Part shown: one piece after another, positions 24,842-38,260 of the stretch | Numbering within the stretch: the stretch's first letter is position 1 | Layout of the letters: the number at the start of each line of letters is the position of its first letter | Assembly (NCBI GenBank): GCA_051294905.1 | Contig: CM119372.1 | Coordinates: 28,212,001-28,276,000 of the forward strand | From: Botryllus schlosseri | Lineage: Eukaryota | Length of the DNA stretch: 64,000 nt | Reading direction: 5' to 3' | Translations under genes and position numbers: made by a program | The notes under the pieces: generated by a model | Database searches by the model: none | What the model saw: only the letters and a program-made list of their open reading frames with translations | Told to the model about the DNA's origin: nothing

Positions 24842-26610
24842 CAGAGTTGGATCAATTACATTATTTCAGTTCAATTACAATTACAATTACAATTACTTTC
24901 ATGAATGTTTCAATTACATTACAATTACAATTACTCCATGCTAAAAATATCAAATTACAATTACAATTACAATTACTCCTTGCATGTTTCAATTACATTA
25001 CAATTACAATTATATTTGCTGCTGTTGAACATGTGATTTAATAATCATAAATTCAACCGTGCTCTTTGACAACCGTAGCGTCGTATTTAACAACAATTCA
25101 AGTCTAGTTCAGATTGTGTTGTAATAAATGCGTTTATGTGCGTACATAGTATGCTATGTGAGATGTCATTGTGGCGTAATATAAGCGAGTTTTGAATGCT
25201 CGGTAATTATGGCTCACGTAATTGGAAATGTACAATGTAATTTACGTAATTTCCTATGGGTTAGGATCAATGCTCCCTCTAATTTTTGATGGGTCTGCGC
25301 AGACTCACCAATTCACTGTGCACACCCTTGGAAAACAGTGCGTAACGACTAAAAAAAAGGTCATCACTTCGGACTTTCTGTGCGCAACTTGGATTTTCTG
25401 TGCGCAGAGACCGTAAAAGCACTGCGCATTTGCGCACGTGCGCAGCTTAGAGGGAACATTGCTTAGGATTAAGGATAGGGTGCAGTATGTCGTTGAAAAA
25501 GTATTATAATATATGCACGTGTTGGATTTGCGTCTATAGTATATAATTAAAGATATAATATTATTTTTATCGAGGGACGTAGGAATTAGGATGAGGAGTG
25601 AAAACAAAACCGTGCTTTGTCAGATAAGACGTTATATAATATCCAGTGGTATGGTTAGTTAGCCAGACGAACTAACGATGCAGCATCGTGATCTGAAATC
25701 GTATTGTAGATTGCCAACCCACTGATAGATGCGCAAGATGTGAGTCACAGATGAATGCACCGACAAACATACTGCAGAGCCGGCTAAAAGCACCAAACTT
25801 TGTAGTCCTAGAGCTGGCGATCCATGCGTCCAAATTTGATGCATCTGGTCTTTATCGTAAGCTATTGATGTACTAATTCCGAAAATACAAAATAAAATCT
25901 CGTCAGGGCAATGTAACTGCTTCAAAATAGCTGTTTAAGGCCGACTGTTCTGAAAAGTGAGAGCGCTGCAGCAGCATGACCACAACAATTACCAATTACG
26001 CCCAGCGATTGTTCAGAACAATGCCGATTCCCAGACTTTCACGACTATTTTGGGATGGTACCATTGCCTGGAAATATACTTTTATTGCGGAATCAGTGCG
26101 ACACTAGCTTTCGATTAGGTCCATACATATAAAATTTCGACGCTTGGATCGCCAGCTATGCGAATATCAATTCTGCCGCTTTTAGCCGGCTCAGCTGTTC
26201 GCTTCTCGGCGTATTCAATCGTGAGTCACGTGTTGCGAATCCATCCGTTGGTTAGTAATATAAAAATTGTATACAATGGCAGCCGAGGCCAGCATAGCGG
26301 TAAAAATATTGAAAAAAACTTCGCCCGCAAGGGCGCAGTCAAGGGCTTCCGCGAATGGATCCACCAAATTACTTGTCGACATTTAAAGAGAATGCATTAT
26401 AAGTCAATTGTTTTAGGTTGTGCTTGTCAGGTCTCAATAGCAATTTAATGTAATTGAAATTGTAATTGAGCAAAATTTTTGTCAAATTACAATTACAATT
26501 ACAATTACACAAAATAAAAATGCTTCAATTACAATTACATTACAATTACATTGAAAAATGTAATTAATTACATTCAATTACAATTACAAATTACAATTGA
26601 TCCAACTCTG
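24842..26610. mobile_element. hAT-type element with CAATTA subterminal arrays
   Basis: TIR CAGAGTTGGATCAATT / AATTGATCCAACTCTG; exact TSD ATGGGCAC at 24834-24841 and 26611-26618; (CAATTA)n arrays at both ends. Confidence 0.9.
25268..25461. mobile_element. Small nested hAT-type MITE
   Basis: TIR CAATGCTCCCTCTAA / TTAGAGGGAACATTG; TSD GTTAGGAT/CTTAGGAT. Confidence 0.75.
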
Positions 26611-26622
26611 ATGGGCACATGT

Positions 26623-28649
26623 CAGGGCTGTGGAGTCGGAGTCGGGGTAATTTTCGCTTGATGGAGTCGGAGTCGTGAAAACTATAATAGCTGGAGTCGG
26701 AGTCGGTGGGAAAATACTGACTGGAGTCGGAGTTTGTGAGAATGACTATGATTTCGACTCCGACTCCGACTCCAACTTCTCTATCATGAAAACATTTGCT
26801 TTCAAAGAATTTTAAATATAATTTTTATGTACCACCAATCACTGTTAATATTAACCATACAGATCAGGTGCGGCCAGCCCGTAGCACGCAGGCCAAATTT
26901 GGCAGACGAGAAGGTTAGGTGTGGCCTGCGAGGTTATTCTCGAAATTATTTATGACATCAGGTACAATTGCAAGGCCAACCAAAATTTGGTTAGCATGAC
27001 CGCGAAATTTGATGATGACTAAAACAACAGTTCTGAGGCATTGACGTATCCAGCGGTCAGCCACATTTATCCCAGATCTTCGTATATGACCATGAAGTAG
27101 AATATTTCATAGCAGATTTATTTGACTTGAAATTTTTCTCGGTACTTCGCATGACTTATTGTCACTAGATTTCTTGCATTCAGTATTTGAGCCCCCTTTT
27201 GAAAATTATAAATACATATTCTTCACAGAATTGAGTCTAACTATATTCGCAATTAGGAGATACGGCTTCGCTTGTGCACTCGCAGCGAGATCGTCGACAA
27301 AACATTTGCACAAAATGATAGAGGCATGTTCACTGCTACCGTCGATTTTGCTATGTCTTAATGTCGAATAATCCTGTCCTTGCCAAATGAGCCCAGTGGT
27401 ATACAGATGCGACCCAAAATGTATGTTAGCGACGTATTTATTGATATAGCTATAGCCTAATTCAGTCGTTATCTTCCAAAAATATTTCGCGCTTCGCGCG
27501 ACCAGGGCCTGATTGCGCACTGCACAGTTGGATGACATAATGTTATCAATTTTAGAGCGTAGTAATATAAATATATGTCTTGTTTGCAATGTTTCATAAT
27601 TCGGTTCGCTCCTATCGACGACTAAAAAAGGTTATCAACATTCCCGTTGCCCGCGCAATGGTTCGTAAATCTCAGGTGTCCCTTTCGCCGAAAAAGTTGC
27701 CCACCCCTGATATAGATAAAAGACATTACTTGCAAATTACAACTCAGTTGCAGAGGGGGAGAAAATCGCAAGATGCGTTTTCGCGATGCAGTCAAAATTG
27801 ATGCAAATTTTGGAATTATACCATGATACTGTGACAGAGAAAATGCATCGGCTGGTTTTGTAAATTTGTAAAAATATGTAAATATGACCAAACGATGCTT
27901 CCCATTTGACAAAATTAAAAATAGTTGTAGTGTAGCTTAGCTGTTTGGGTCGAACAAATGATTAAGAAAGACTGCAAGTCCCAGTCCTTGAATACTTGAT
28001 TAAGTACATGTAGACTCGACATAGGCTATGGTCTTTGACTAGTTAACTAAATTCCATTTATGACCAATGTCTATTACTAGTAGTAAGAGTGTTTGTGCTT
28101 GTAATCAGGATAGTGTGTAATGACAAAATTAGTAAGTTCAATTTCTTTATTAGTTGCCGAGTCATACACAAGAGCTACACTTGGATTTTTTATCTACATT
28201 TTTATTATACAGGATTGGATATCTGCCATATTTGAATGATTCATACATTTCGGGATGTTAGAGAGTCCATGTTATAAAAACTTGAATAAGGAAGGATATT
28301 TAGCAAATCTTTATTTCATGTTAATTGCATAGTGGATAATTCGAGCTGTGCCACAATGAAACAATTCAGCATGCCACAGTTAATCATAGGTTTGCATATG
28401 TTTAATGGTTGTATGATAGTCATTCAACCGACAATGTGGCATATAATTTTCGAGGTAAATTGGTAATAATGCTGGAGTCGGAGTCGGGAGTCGGAGTCGG
28501 TACGTTTAAAGACCCAGGAGTCGGAGTCGGAGTCGGAGTCGGTACGTTTAAAGACTCAGGAGTCGGAGTCGGAGTCGATATATTGAAAATGTGTGGAGTC
28601 GGAGTCGGAGCCGGAGTCGGTGGTAAAATTTACCGACTCCACAGCCCTG
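26623..28649. mobile_element. hAT-type element with GGAGTC subterminal arrays (copy 1)
   Basis: TIR CAGGGCTGTGGAGTCGG / CCGACTCCACAGCCCTG; exact TSD GCACATGT at 26615-26622 and 28650-28657; full-length same-orientation copy at 58578-60605. Confidence 0.92.
26865..27709. mobile_element. Older hAT-type MITE carried inside the GGAGTC element
   Basis: Degenerate termini CAGGTGCGGCCAGC / GTTGCCCACCCCTG; TSD ATACAGAT/ATATAGAT; homologous to 31672-32358 and to ~58856-59700. Confidence 0.65.
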
Positions 28650-29053
28650 GCACATGTAAGCATTTATCAGCTATTGAAGCAGTCGCGGCGCCAAAAGTAG
28701 TATGTGTTGGTCTGCGTGTCTTATTTTAAATAATAATACGAAATTCAAAAACGATTCACGGCACACCTGAGATTATCTTACTGGCAGCACTCTGCTGTGC
28801 TGCGGCAGTTAGTTCGGGAATCACTGAATTACTCAATGATTGTGCGTTTTACCTAGCCTCCATTATGTTACAAATTAATTGACCGCAAAAGCAGTGATTG
28901 GAGATTACCAGCTAACGCGTTTTCGTAAACAAGTAGTAAAGTGATATAATATCAATGTATCTGTGTTCTATAAACTACTCAGTGCTCACAGTACCCACTA
29001 CCCAGTGCATATTTAACAAACCGTATTGTATGATTTACTGGTCAGCCGGCAGG

Positions 29054-29304
29054 ATTACCGGACCACGACCTAACATCGATCTCGCCTTCCGCCGCATGCC
29101 ACCTGATTTTGTCGCTTGCCTTTTATATTCTCTGCTTCACTTTTCATGCATTCCTCTTCTTTACTTGGCCTAGGCAAAGGTGGGTGTCTGATCTCAAAGA
29201 CTACTTCAAGTCATTTCGACACCTTCCTATCTTTTCATTGTATCGCAGTTTTGTGCTGTTTTGAAATGATGAAAATATTAATAAAACTGATTGATTGATT
29301 GATC
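29054..29304 (+). repeat. CR1/L2-type LINE 3'UTR fragment
   Basis: Matches 6499-6762 (ATTACCGGACCACGAC...ATCGATCTCGCCTTCC...AAGGTGGGTGTCTGAT...ACCTTCCTATC); ends AATAAA plus (GATT)n. Confidence 0.7.
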
Positions 29305-29569
29305 TATATCCAACAAATGTCGTTTATACGTTAATATTAATCACCAACAATTCGAGCAGGCTTAAATTGGACATGTAGGTGGGTGTTGTTTTGCACCATA
29401 TCATTTTTCAACTTTTCTATGTTCCGTATTCTATCCTGTAATATTATAGACTGCGGCTATACACCGTCACTTGTGTAGTTTAAAAGTATATATATACATA
29501 TGCGTGAGCGATACAACGCCTTTTTGCGTGTATTGATTTAAGAAAGGATAAACATAAAACGGAGCGACG

Positions 29570-29910
29570 AAAATGAATGATGCATGTGTGGGTCGGCGAG
29601 GTCGATATGTCAAATTGTGGTCCGGTAATCTTGATGGCTAACTAGGATTGATTCAGTAGAAAGTGTTTGTATTTCGATTTGAATACGGATAGCCGGCGAG
29701 ATGCTGTTCCATACTGCAGGCCCGGCATACTTTTTATGACGATGCGTGTCTTTGTATTCCGTCTTGATCATTTGTTCTTCGAGGACCCGTGTATGCTGTG
29801 ATTGTGCGATTCCGAGGACTGATACATAAACTTGGCAATTTCAAGCTTCCACATATCTTGTATGTTTAGAACACAAAATCTTTTGAGTTTTGAATAGCGA
29901 TTTATCAGTT
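29570..29910 (-). mobile_element. CR1/L2-type LINE fragment
   Basis: Minus strand encodes LNIQDMWKLEIAKFMY... and KYAGPAVWNSISPAIR...FKSKYKHFLLNQS*, followed by ATTACCGGACCAC as in the 6290-6762 copy. Confidence 0.7.
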
Positions 29911-30299
29911 GCACATCCAGGCCCCCTTCGGGCCTTGGCAACAATACGGAGAATGCGTTACCTTGATGAGATGGCCGCCTCAAATTACACTCGGCGGCCC
30001 CCTTAACACATACAAAAACACGAGTTTACCCCTGACTTCAGTAAACAAATATTCTGAGCGCCAAATTGTCTTTGAATTTCAGCCGTCAGCATCCGCCTTA
30101 CTTTTTGAAATTTTTTGGATGACGATAGCCACTGATCAACATTGTCTTACTGATTGACTTGATTCGCAAGAAAGGGATTTGGAAAAGTATGACGTGTAGT
30201 TATTTAAAGGACAGGCCGCGGTGTATTAGGCAGCCTACTTTCGCAATGACAACAAACCTAGGTTTGAACTATACTGCATGGAACCAGACTGGTACAAAC

Positions 30300-31259
30300 C
30301 AGTGTTGGGATCAAGTCACTACCTTCGAGTCACGAGTCATTTCGAGTCATTGCACATTTTGACTCGAGTCAAGTCAAGTCAATCGATTTTCGAAGGTGAC
30401 TCGAGTCAAGTCAAGTCACTCGATTTCTGGAGGTGACTCGAGTCAAGTCGAGTCAAGTCAAGTCAAGTCACGAGTCAAGTCATAATTCAAGTCAAGTTGC
30501 CTTTTCAAAGTATGAGGCATGATTACGTCATTGTCTTTTGCTAGCTGCCTGAAATACAGATTGAGTGGTCAGTGTTTCTGAACCGATGAACGAATATATA
30601 GTTGAATATACACGCAAGAAGTCATCGATCACATATACGTAGAACTGCTTAACTATGCAAGTAATTGCATAGCCTCAGTTTATAGTTACCAGCCAAAATA
30701 AAGAAACGAATTGATAAGATGCAATACACCACCCTTTTACAAATTGATATGATACAATTCGAGCCTTCGCCAATGGTTGAGGAATATATAAACTATATTC
30801 GAATTTAATTTCATTAAAACAAGAGGTTTTGTTAAGGTAAGAACAGAGAACAGAAATAGACATTTTGCTATTACATTACTTTACTACTAATTTAGGACAA
30901 CGTAAGCTGTAAGCTTCGATTGCATCGTTTGCGGTCAATTCATTTGTAAGAGAACGATGGAGGCTAAGTAAAACGCAGGATTATTGATTGGTTGGTCGCA
31001 CTCATGGGTTACACCAGCGTCTCGCGAGCAATCCGACATATGCAAGACACAGTGATTTTTATCGACACCGATTACTTGATGACTTGAAATTGACTCGTGC
31101 ATATTGCTCCGAGTCACAAGTCAATTCACATTTTTGATGCGCCGAGTCAAGTCAAGTCAAGTCATTTTAGCAACGTGACTCGAGTCAAGTCAAGTCATAC
31201 GAAAAAAGTGACTCGAGTCTGACTCGAGTCAAGTCATGACTCGAGTCATCCCAACACTG
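30300..31259. mobile_element. hAT-type element with GAGTCAAGTC arrays
   Basis: TIR CAGTGTTGGGAT / ATCCCAACACTG; exact TSD GTACAAAC at 30292-30299 and 31260-31267. Confidence 0.9.
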
Positions 31260-31267
31260 GTACAAAC

Positions 31268-32795
31268 CAGGGCTTTGGAGCAGCCGTAAATTTAAACGGC
31301 TCCAGCTCCGGCTCCGGAGCTTTCTTCTATCATACATTAGCTCCGGCTCCAGCTCCGGAGCCGCATTATTACCACTGCTCCGGCTCCAGCTCCGGCTCCG
31401 GCTCTGAAATTATCGAATGGGCCTGTGTGCAACTTTGCATTTATTGATGATGATGATGATGATAATGATCAAACTGAAATACAAAAGAACAGTTGCATCG
31501 ACTAGCCTAATCCCTATTGCTCCAACAACTCACAAGACGTGGGTGCTAATACATACATGCACGCACGTCGCATAATCACAACAACAAGAAGACAAGAACG
31601 CTCATGCGTTTAAGGAAACTAGTAGAGAGAGAGTGATAGCAGCAAGAGATATTCACACAGCCTGTCTATATCAGGGGTGGCCAACCTGCGGGCCAAATGT
31701 GGCCCGCGAGAGGGTTTTGCGTGGCCAGCGAGGTAATTTCCTATTATATTATCGAAAATGAATTGCTCAAATTGTGAAATTGCAATGCCAACCAAAAATT
31801 ACAAGTCTGACTGCGACACTTGGGATGTTGATGACTAAAATATCAGTTCCGAGGCATTGGCAGATCCAGGGTCCAGTCACATTTTCAGCAAATCGTTGTA
31901 CATTACAATAAACTAAAATAGTAGCGAAATTTTTCTTCACGCTTCGCGTTTATAATTGTCACACGATTTCTTGCTTGGTAGCCTACCCCTACTGAAAATG
32001 GAAAAAAAGCCTAATTTACCCGATTGAGTCTAACTTAATTCGCAATTACGGGAGAAAGTCTTTTCGCGTTTGCGCTCGCATAAAGATCGTCGACGGTGAA
32101 ATATAGGCACAAAATGATTGTCGCATATTATCGGAGACCTTCGATATCGATGTGGCCAGACGCCGAATAGTCGTGTCCTTGCAAACTGAGCCTAGCGGGC
32201 GGTATACAGTAGACCCGCAATATACTCAAGTAATAATATCATTGACCTAGTTTATTTATAAACTTTGAATATTTTTACCCGCTTGGCGCGGCTAGTGGGC
32301 TGCGCACTCCTTCGTCAATTGCATGTGCCCCTTTAGCCGAAAAGGTTCGCCATTCTTAGTCTATATAGATTACTAATCTACCCCTTGGTTAGTTATCTAT
32401 AGTAATCTAGACTAGAGTCTGTCAGCCGTCAGTAACATCCGATGTAGCAACAAAGACATAGGTGCCGCCGTGCTGGCTTGTGACGTCATACTTGTCAGTT
32501 GTCGATAACATCATAGTTGTACTAGAACGCACTTTACTCTATATGCCATTGCTGTGCACTGCATTAAAATTCAGGCCGGCTGTTCAATTACGATAAATCA
32601 GCAGATGTGGTTGTTGCATAATAGCATTTTATGAAATACGTCGGAGCCGGAGCTACTCCTCAAATAACTGGCTCCGGCTCCGGCTCCGGCTCCGGCTGAA
32701 TTTTATTTAGAGCTCCGGCTCCGGCTCCAGCTCCGGCGAAAATGCACTGCTCCGGGGCTCCGACTCCGGGCTCCGGCTCCGGCTCCAAAGCCCTG
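31268..32795. mobile_element. hAT-type element with GCTCCG arrays
   Basis: TIR CAGGGCTTTGGAGC / GCTCCAAAGCCCTG; exact TSD GTACAAAC at 31260-31267 and 32796-32803. Confidence 0.9.
31672..32358. mobile_element. Nested hAT-type MITE
   Basis: Left TIR CAGGGGTGGCCAACCT, degenerate right end AGGTTCGCCATTCTTA; exact TSD GTCTATAT at 31664-31671 and 32359-32366. Confidence 0.75.
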
Positions 32796-34227
32796 GTACA
32801 AACTAAACATTTAGTTAGTTGATGGTCATCTAACTAACGATTTTTTGAGTAGTTCTATAGTTATAGTTATAGTTGCAGATTTTGAAAATTCAGTAGTTAT
32901 AGTTGCACATTTGAAAGAAATATTAGCTGTCGAACAACTAAACAACACGTGTCGTGGTTTTGGGCGAATTGAGATGCCGGTGTTCTGTTGAATCATGTTT
33001 GTGCACGTGCAGCCATTGCTTGCACAGAGCCATCACTGCTAACAGTGGCGTAGCCGGCGGGTTCCATCTTGGGGTCGAAATCTCTCCCATTTCAAACTCG
33101 AAACCCCCTTCTTTTGAAAAATCGATTCAATGTATGATATTTCGGATAAAATAAAAATTAATGTGTTGACTAGAATGAAATCCAGTTCACCGCGGTTCTA
33201 AACCTTTAATGACTTGGGAACCCCTATACGTCACAGATGGGCAACTATTTTCTGAGACTGACATGCAGGAAATACGTTGGCTAGCTAAGTCAGAAGTTTC
33301 GCCTATATTCGGCGGAGTATGTATTTTTAATAATTTATGAATTGAAAGCAATGAATTACGTGGTTAACACACTTCCTATTGTTTTGGTAGTTTCGATGGC
33401 AGGTTTTCTGAATTGGTCTTCTCGCCGCTTCAGTCAAATGAATGCTTATATCATAATCCCGATTGAATTAATCCATGTTATATCGATTTGATTATAAATA
33501 TAGAATACGCCAGAGGTCGGCTACCCGTGGCACGCGTGCCAAAAGTGGCGCGCAGGATGATTTTTCATGGCACGCTGAATGATTTGATGAGCATTATTAT
33601 AATCAAGTTTCTTGCAAAAAATGGAACAAAAGTTTTCAAAATGGAAAAAGCTCCAAGGTGACTCCAAATTATTTCGTAAATCAACATGAAGTAGGGTCTT
33701 TTGGGCCATTTTTTCATCCGCATTTTCCACGTATAGTCCTAATTTGGCCCGCGGGCCGTAAAATGCCTAGGTCTGTCCTACGCTAATCTACAAGGCTTCG
33801 GAGAACCCTTAATTTTCAGTGAGTCACAAAACAAAAGTCTACCACATGTGGGCATACCATATGTGTGTAAAATTATGCACTAATTCTGTAAATACTTTCC
33901 GCAAAACATGTTGTATGAACCTACGGACAATTACCAGCCGATATAGCCGACGTATATCGGTACGGGATGGTTGGAAACCTCAAAATAGTCGGTCCAACAG
34001 CAATAGGACAGATATTTCGTCAAAGGAGCGATATTAACCACCAATTGTTACTGTCAATCCAATATGATGTAACAATTGAATATTTGTGACGTCATGACTA
34101 AAAAAAACAATGAAAAATACATGTTTTAAACAAGGGCCTTGTTTTAAACATGCTTGTTTTAAATTGATTTTTGTTTTAAATGCAACCCTATAGTTGTAAT
34201 CTGTAGGACTCAGTAAAGCTACTCTGG

Positions 34228-34551
34228 CAGACTTGTACAAACTACCCATTTAGTTAGTTGATGGTCAACTAACTAACGGTTTTTTGAGTAGTTCTAGTTG
34301 TAGCTCTAGTTGCTGATTTTGAAAATTGAGTAGTTGAAGTTCTAGTTGTAGTTGCGGATTTTGAAAATTGACTAGTTTTAGTTGTAGTTGCGGATTTTGA
34401 AAATTTGGTAGTTCTAGTTCTAGTTGTAGTCGCGGATTTTGAAAATCGGGTAGTTCTAGTTCTAGTTATGGTTGCGAGTTTTAAAACTTGAGTAGTTCTA
34501 GTTCTAGTTCTAGTTGCGCTTTTTGAAAATCCAGTAGTTTGTACAAGTCTG
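34228..34551. mobile_element. MITE with TAGTT(C/G) arrays
   Basis: Perfect 18-bp TIR CAGACTTGTACAAACTAC / GTAGTTTGTACAAGTCTG; internal tandem units of roughly GTAGTTCTAGTTGTAGTTGCGGATTTTGAAAAT; no clean TSD; a second left end lies at 30285-30299 plus 32804-32915. Confidence 0.75.
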
Positions 34552-35383
34552 CTTGTGACTTTTATTGATACGACATATTGTTGGCTTTATGTTGAGACTG
34601 GAGCTGGACTACGTATACGACAGGCTTCGTAATCCTGGACTCCGGGTGCATGAATAAACACTAAACAGGCTTCAAAGTAAAATATACCTGACTCAGCTTA
34701 TACGCCAATGGTTTTGGTCCTAAAGTAGGTTTTATGTTCTTCATTATAAGTAACATTTCGCGGGCTGATCGGAATTTTGTCGCGGGCCGCATTAGCCTGT
34801 GATCCGTAGAATGTCCAGGTCTGACTTAGAGGGAGGGACCGAGCAATTTCGGGGCTGTTTTCACGGTGTTCCAACAATAATTTAATTTTCACAAAAGTTA
34901 AGAATCAAGCCCACAATTTTCGTGTAGTGCTTCGCGCCGAGTGTCAAATATATTTTCACGAAAGTATCGATGAATATAATTTAGGTAGCGGGTTGCGTGG
35001 TTCTGTTCACACCACATTGCCGCCCATATAACATCTTTCATCGCAGTAAATATGACTCATCAAAACTTTTGGAATAACCGTTTCGCAATCTAGCAAGTGG
35101 TCTCGACTTATTTTAGCGTTAGCAGACCACCGTTGAAGTTTTTTGGACAAAAGAATGGAATATATTTTTCGCATTTTGGAATACTATAGGCTAGGTATTT
35201 GTATTTCTCTTTCAATTCGGAGTTACCATTACTACGAGCTATTTAATTTCAGCTCTTCTGTCTGGAGAACATATATTGAAGTTTAAAACCAAGTGCTGCC
35301 TCTATTTTCCGGCAATAAAATTGAATAATATATCATTTTTACGATCTGCCATATTTTTTTTACCGTATACCCATCGCGTAAAG

Positions 35384-36922
35384 CAGAGGTCTCAAACACG
35401 CGGCCCGCGGGCCGCATGCGGCCCGCGAGAGTATTTTGTGCGGCCCGCGACGGCATTTTGGAATTTCAAGTAATCAACAATATATTTAAGTGTCATATAT
35501 CTTTTTAGATATAAGAACTTAAAGTTCACGCAAAAACTACTATGAAAATCACTGAAATCCCAACAAACATCACTATCACATCACTTTTAAAAGCTACCAT
35601 GTGGTAGAAGATCAGCTATTACGTCACATTTCTAGTTCATGATGATAAAACATGACCCGTTGATGATTCGCGAATGAAAATTGTGATTTGTTTTGGTGCG
35701 ACCTTCTCGTAAAATTACTTGATTTCGGATTGACTGGGTGATTAAATAAAAATGACTCGAGTTGATTCGGGTCAAACGCTGAAATCGGAGAAGGACTTGC
35801 GACTCGGAATGGGGACTTGGTAATCCTACGGACGCATCAATCTATGCAACTTTCATGGGGAATAGTAATACATCAAAAGGTCGTAGCTTGCGTTGCGTAG
35901 GGTATTTATCATATTTAATCAGGTCAGTATGGCAACCATGGGTATTCTGTTACCCCCGTGACGTATATAGTTGGTTAAACGCTGCGTGTTGTTTTTTCCC
36001 TTTATCCATGTAATTATCGGTGGCGAATAAGGTGGTAGTACGCTCTACAGCTGTAACACCAACGAATTCTTCGCCGATTGGACATTTCTATTTCAGGGGC
36101 TCTTAACCAGGGCTCGTAGACCCCATCGGGGTACGAAGCACCATCATCAGGAAGTAAGAGATGCATTGAAGAATTTGTAGGCCCATATGCTGTGGAATCT
36201 TTTCTTGGCCAATTTATTCAACTGGAAAATAGTCTTCGCGCTGCGCGCGATTTTGTGAATGATCTTTCTGATTTAAATAGGTACCATCAGAAATTGTGTT
36301 GAAAATGGACAGGGGCAACGGGAAATCTTATTGGAAGCACAAGGGGTACGATCACTAAAATGGTTAAGAAGCAATGCTATTACTATGGCTCAATAATGAG
36401 TGTATTTAAGCTGTTATTGATATATCGAAGGCAAAATCTTATGCTTACTTAATTTGTGTTTGGCAATGACAGTAACAATAGCCTATAATTACCACGACGA
36501 TATCAAAACCATAGGATTAGGCTACACCGCTCAAATGCTCTGATATCAGATCAATCTTCATTAAAATAGTCTAAATAAAGTTGTTGCTCGTCATAGGTCC
36601 ACTAGCTGCAATATTATAACCCGACAGTTTTACGACGTCATGAATGCATCCTCTCACATGATGTCTATAACTCGTTCATTAAAAAAATTCTGCCCGGCAC
36701 AAAAACAATTTTATTCAAATATTTGAAAATGTGATTTTTTTCCGTGTCAAAAAGCGTTAATAGTACAATAGTAAATTACATTTCCACGATGTTTTTGGAA
36801 TGCCTGTCTGCAAGGTCCCGTCAAATAAAGCCATTAAATATCCCTATCATTGATACTGCGGCCCGCGGCGTCACCAAAACTAGGAAATTGGCCCGCGAGC
36901 ACATTTGAGTTTGAGACCTCTG
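35384..36922. mobile_element. hAT-type non-autonomous element (copy 2), inserted in a TACTTC-family element
   Basis: TIR CAGAGGTCTCAAAC / GTTTGAGACCTCTG; exact TSD GCGTAAAG at 35376-35383 and 36923-36930; has an extra ~280-bp insertion (~36093-36375) relative to 21081-22316. Confidence 0.88.
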
Positions 36923-37589
36923 GCGTAAAGCGTTGACTCCGTATCCGATAGAACTTCTCCGTATTGCTTTTCATGTAAATCACGGGCCTTGTACTACGGG
37001 GGGGGGGGGGGGAGGGCTCTGACATGATGCTCAGGTAAACAAAAGATATAATTCGCTTTTCGATTGCAAAACTTTCATTTGCATCCCAGGATGCGGTCGA
37101 ATACTTGTATGCTGTCGAAAAAGTATACCCACGGGGACGCATCAATATAAATCATAAGCTCTCTCCACCTTCCGCATACCTCAATTAGCAGCTTTTGACA
37201 GTCCAAGCGAACGTATCATGACTGATTTAAAGACTACTTACTTACTTGAGTAGCTTTTTGCGTCGCTACTGCTACTTCTACTTGAGTATTGCTATCTTGA
37301 CCACTTTGACATATCATCTTGCGCCCGCGCAATTACCTATTCCAGCTAGCTCGTGGATCGTGTAATGCCGGACTTTGTTCGCTACGGAAAGGTTGAATTC
37401 CATGTGTAAAGGGCACTGGGCAGTGATGAAATCTTCCGTGAAGTATGGGAGATCTTAGGGGAAATGACCCCCAGTAGTTGTGCTGCTCACCCTACGGGGT
37501 TCATTTTTTTATGAGGGAGTTTCATATATTAACTCATCAAATATTTGACTACCTCCACAGCCCCACAGTCCCCCCACCCAGGGCCGTAA

Positions 37590-38260
37590 CAGCACTTCGT
37601 CAGCCCCCCCCAAAACGTTGGCCTTGGGCCCCCCATAGGGTGATAAACATAACTTCTGGGGGGCTGCTTCGCCCCCCAGACCCCCCTTCGGCTATCCGCT
37701 TTTTGACGCTATTTCACTTGAGCATTGGGTATCCGTTTTGTGGGTCAGCTTTTCCCGCCTAGACGCGCGAAGCGCGAAAAATTTCAGTAAATCATGATTG
37801 AATCCGCCAATATGATCGGGAATTACATATAGACTGCTATCAATTTTGATCCTCTCTCTACTCACGTAATCAGATTTACCGGTAGAGCTGAGCGAGGTCT
37901 GTTTTAAAACGTAGGACCGCCCAATAATAATTAGACGTCTTCGGGCGTACCCGTTGGCACGAACGAAACAGCACTTCATCAGCCCGCCCCCCCACAAAAA
38001 TTGGGTTTTGGGTTCTCATAGGGTGATAAACATCACAGTGTTCGCTTTTGCCACGAAATTAGCTGCACTGTTTAGTGAGCCAGCTCGAAGCGCGAAAATT
38101 TTCGATAATTCATTATATAATCGGTCAATAAGATCGGGAATTGCAATAATATTGCTATCAATATCTTGTCCTCTCTGCTCACGTTATCAGATTTACCGGA
38201 AACTGTAGGGCCCGTAAATAATAATTAAACATCTTCGGGCGGGCGGACCCGTTGGTATGA
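37590..38260. repeat. Diverged tandem duplication (two units)
   Basis: Blocks GCACTTC.TCAGCCC, CATAGGGTGATAAACAT, CGAAGCGCGAAAA, GATCGGGAATT, ATCAGATTTACCGG, TCTTCGGGCG and ACCCGTTGG occur in the same order at ~37590-37960 and ~37970-38260. Confidence 0.75.

Noticed and set aside
28409..28729. Low-complexity ORFs (GVGVGV, TPTPTP, ITITIT, MDKHDFY repeats; also 24814, 58548, 62555)
   Set aside because: They are translations of transposon subterminal or tandem arrays, not genes.
34270..34535. CRISPR-like regularly spaced repeats
   Set aside because: Units are contiguous degenerate tandem repeats with no unique spacers, inside a TIR element, in eukaryotic DNA with no cas genes.
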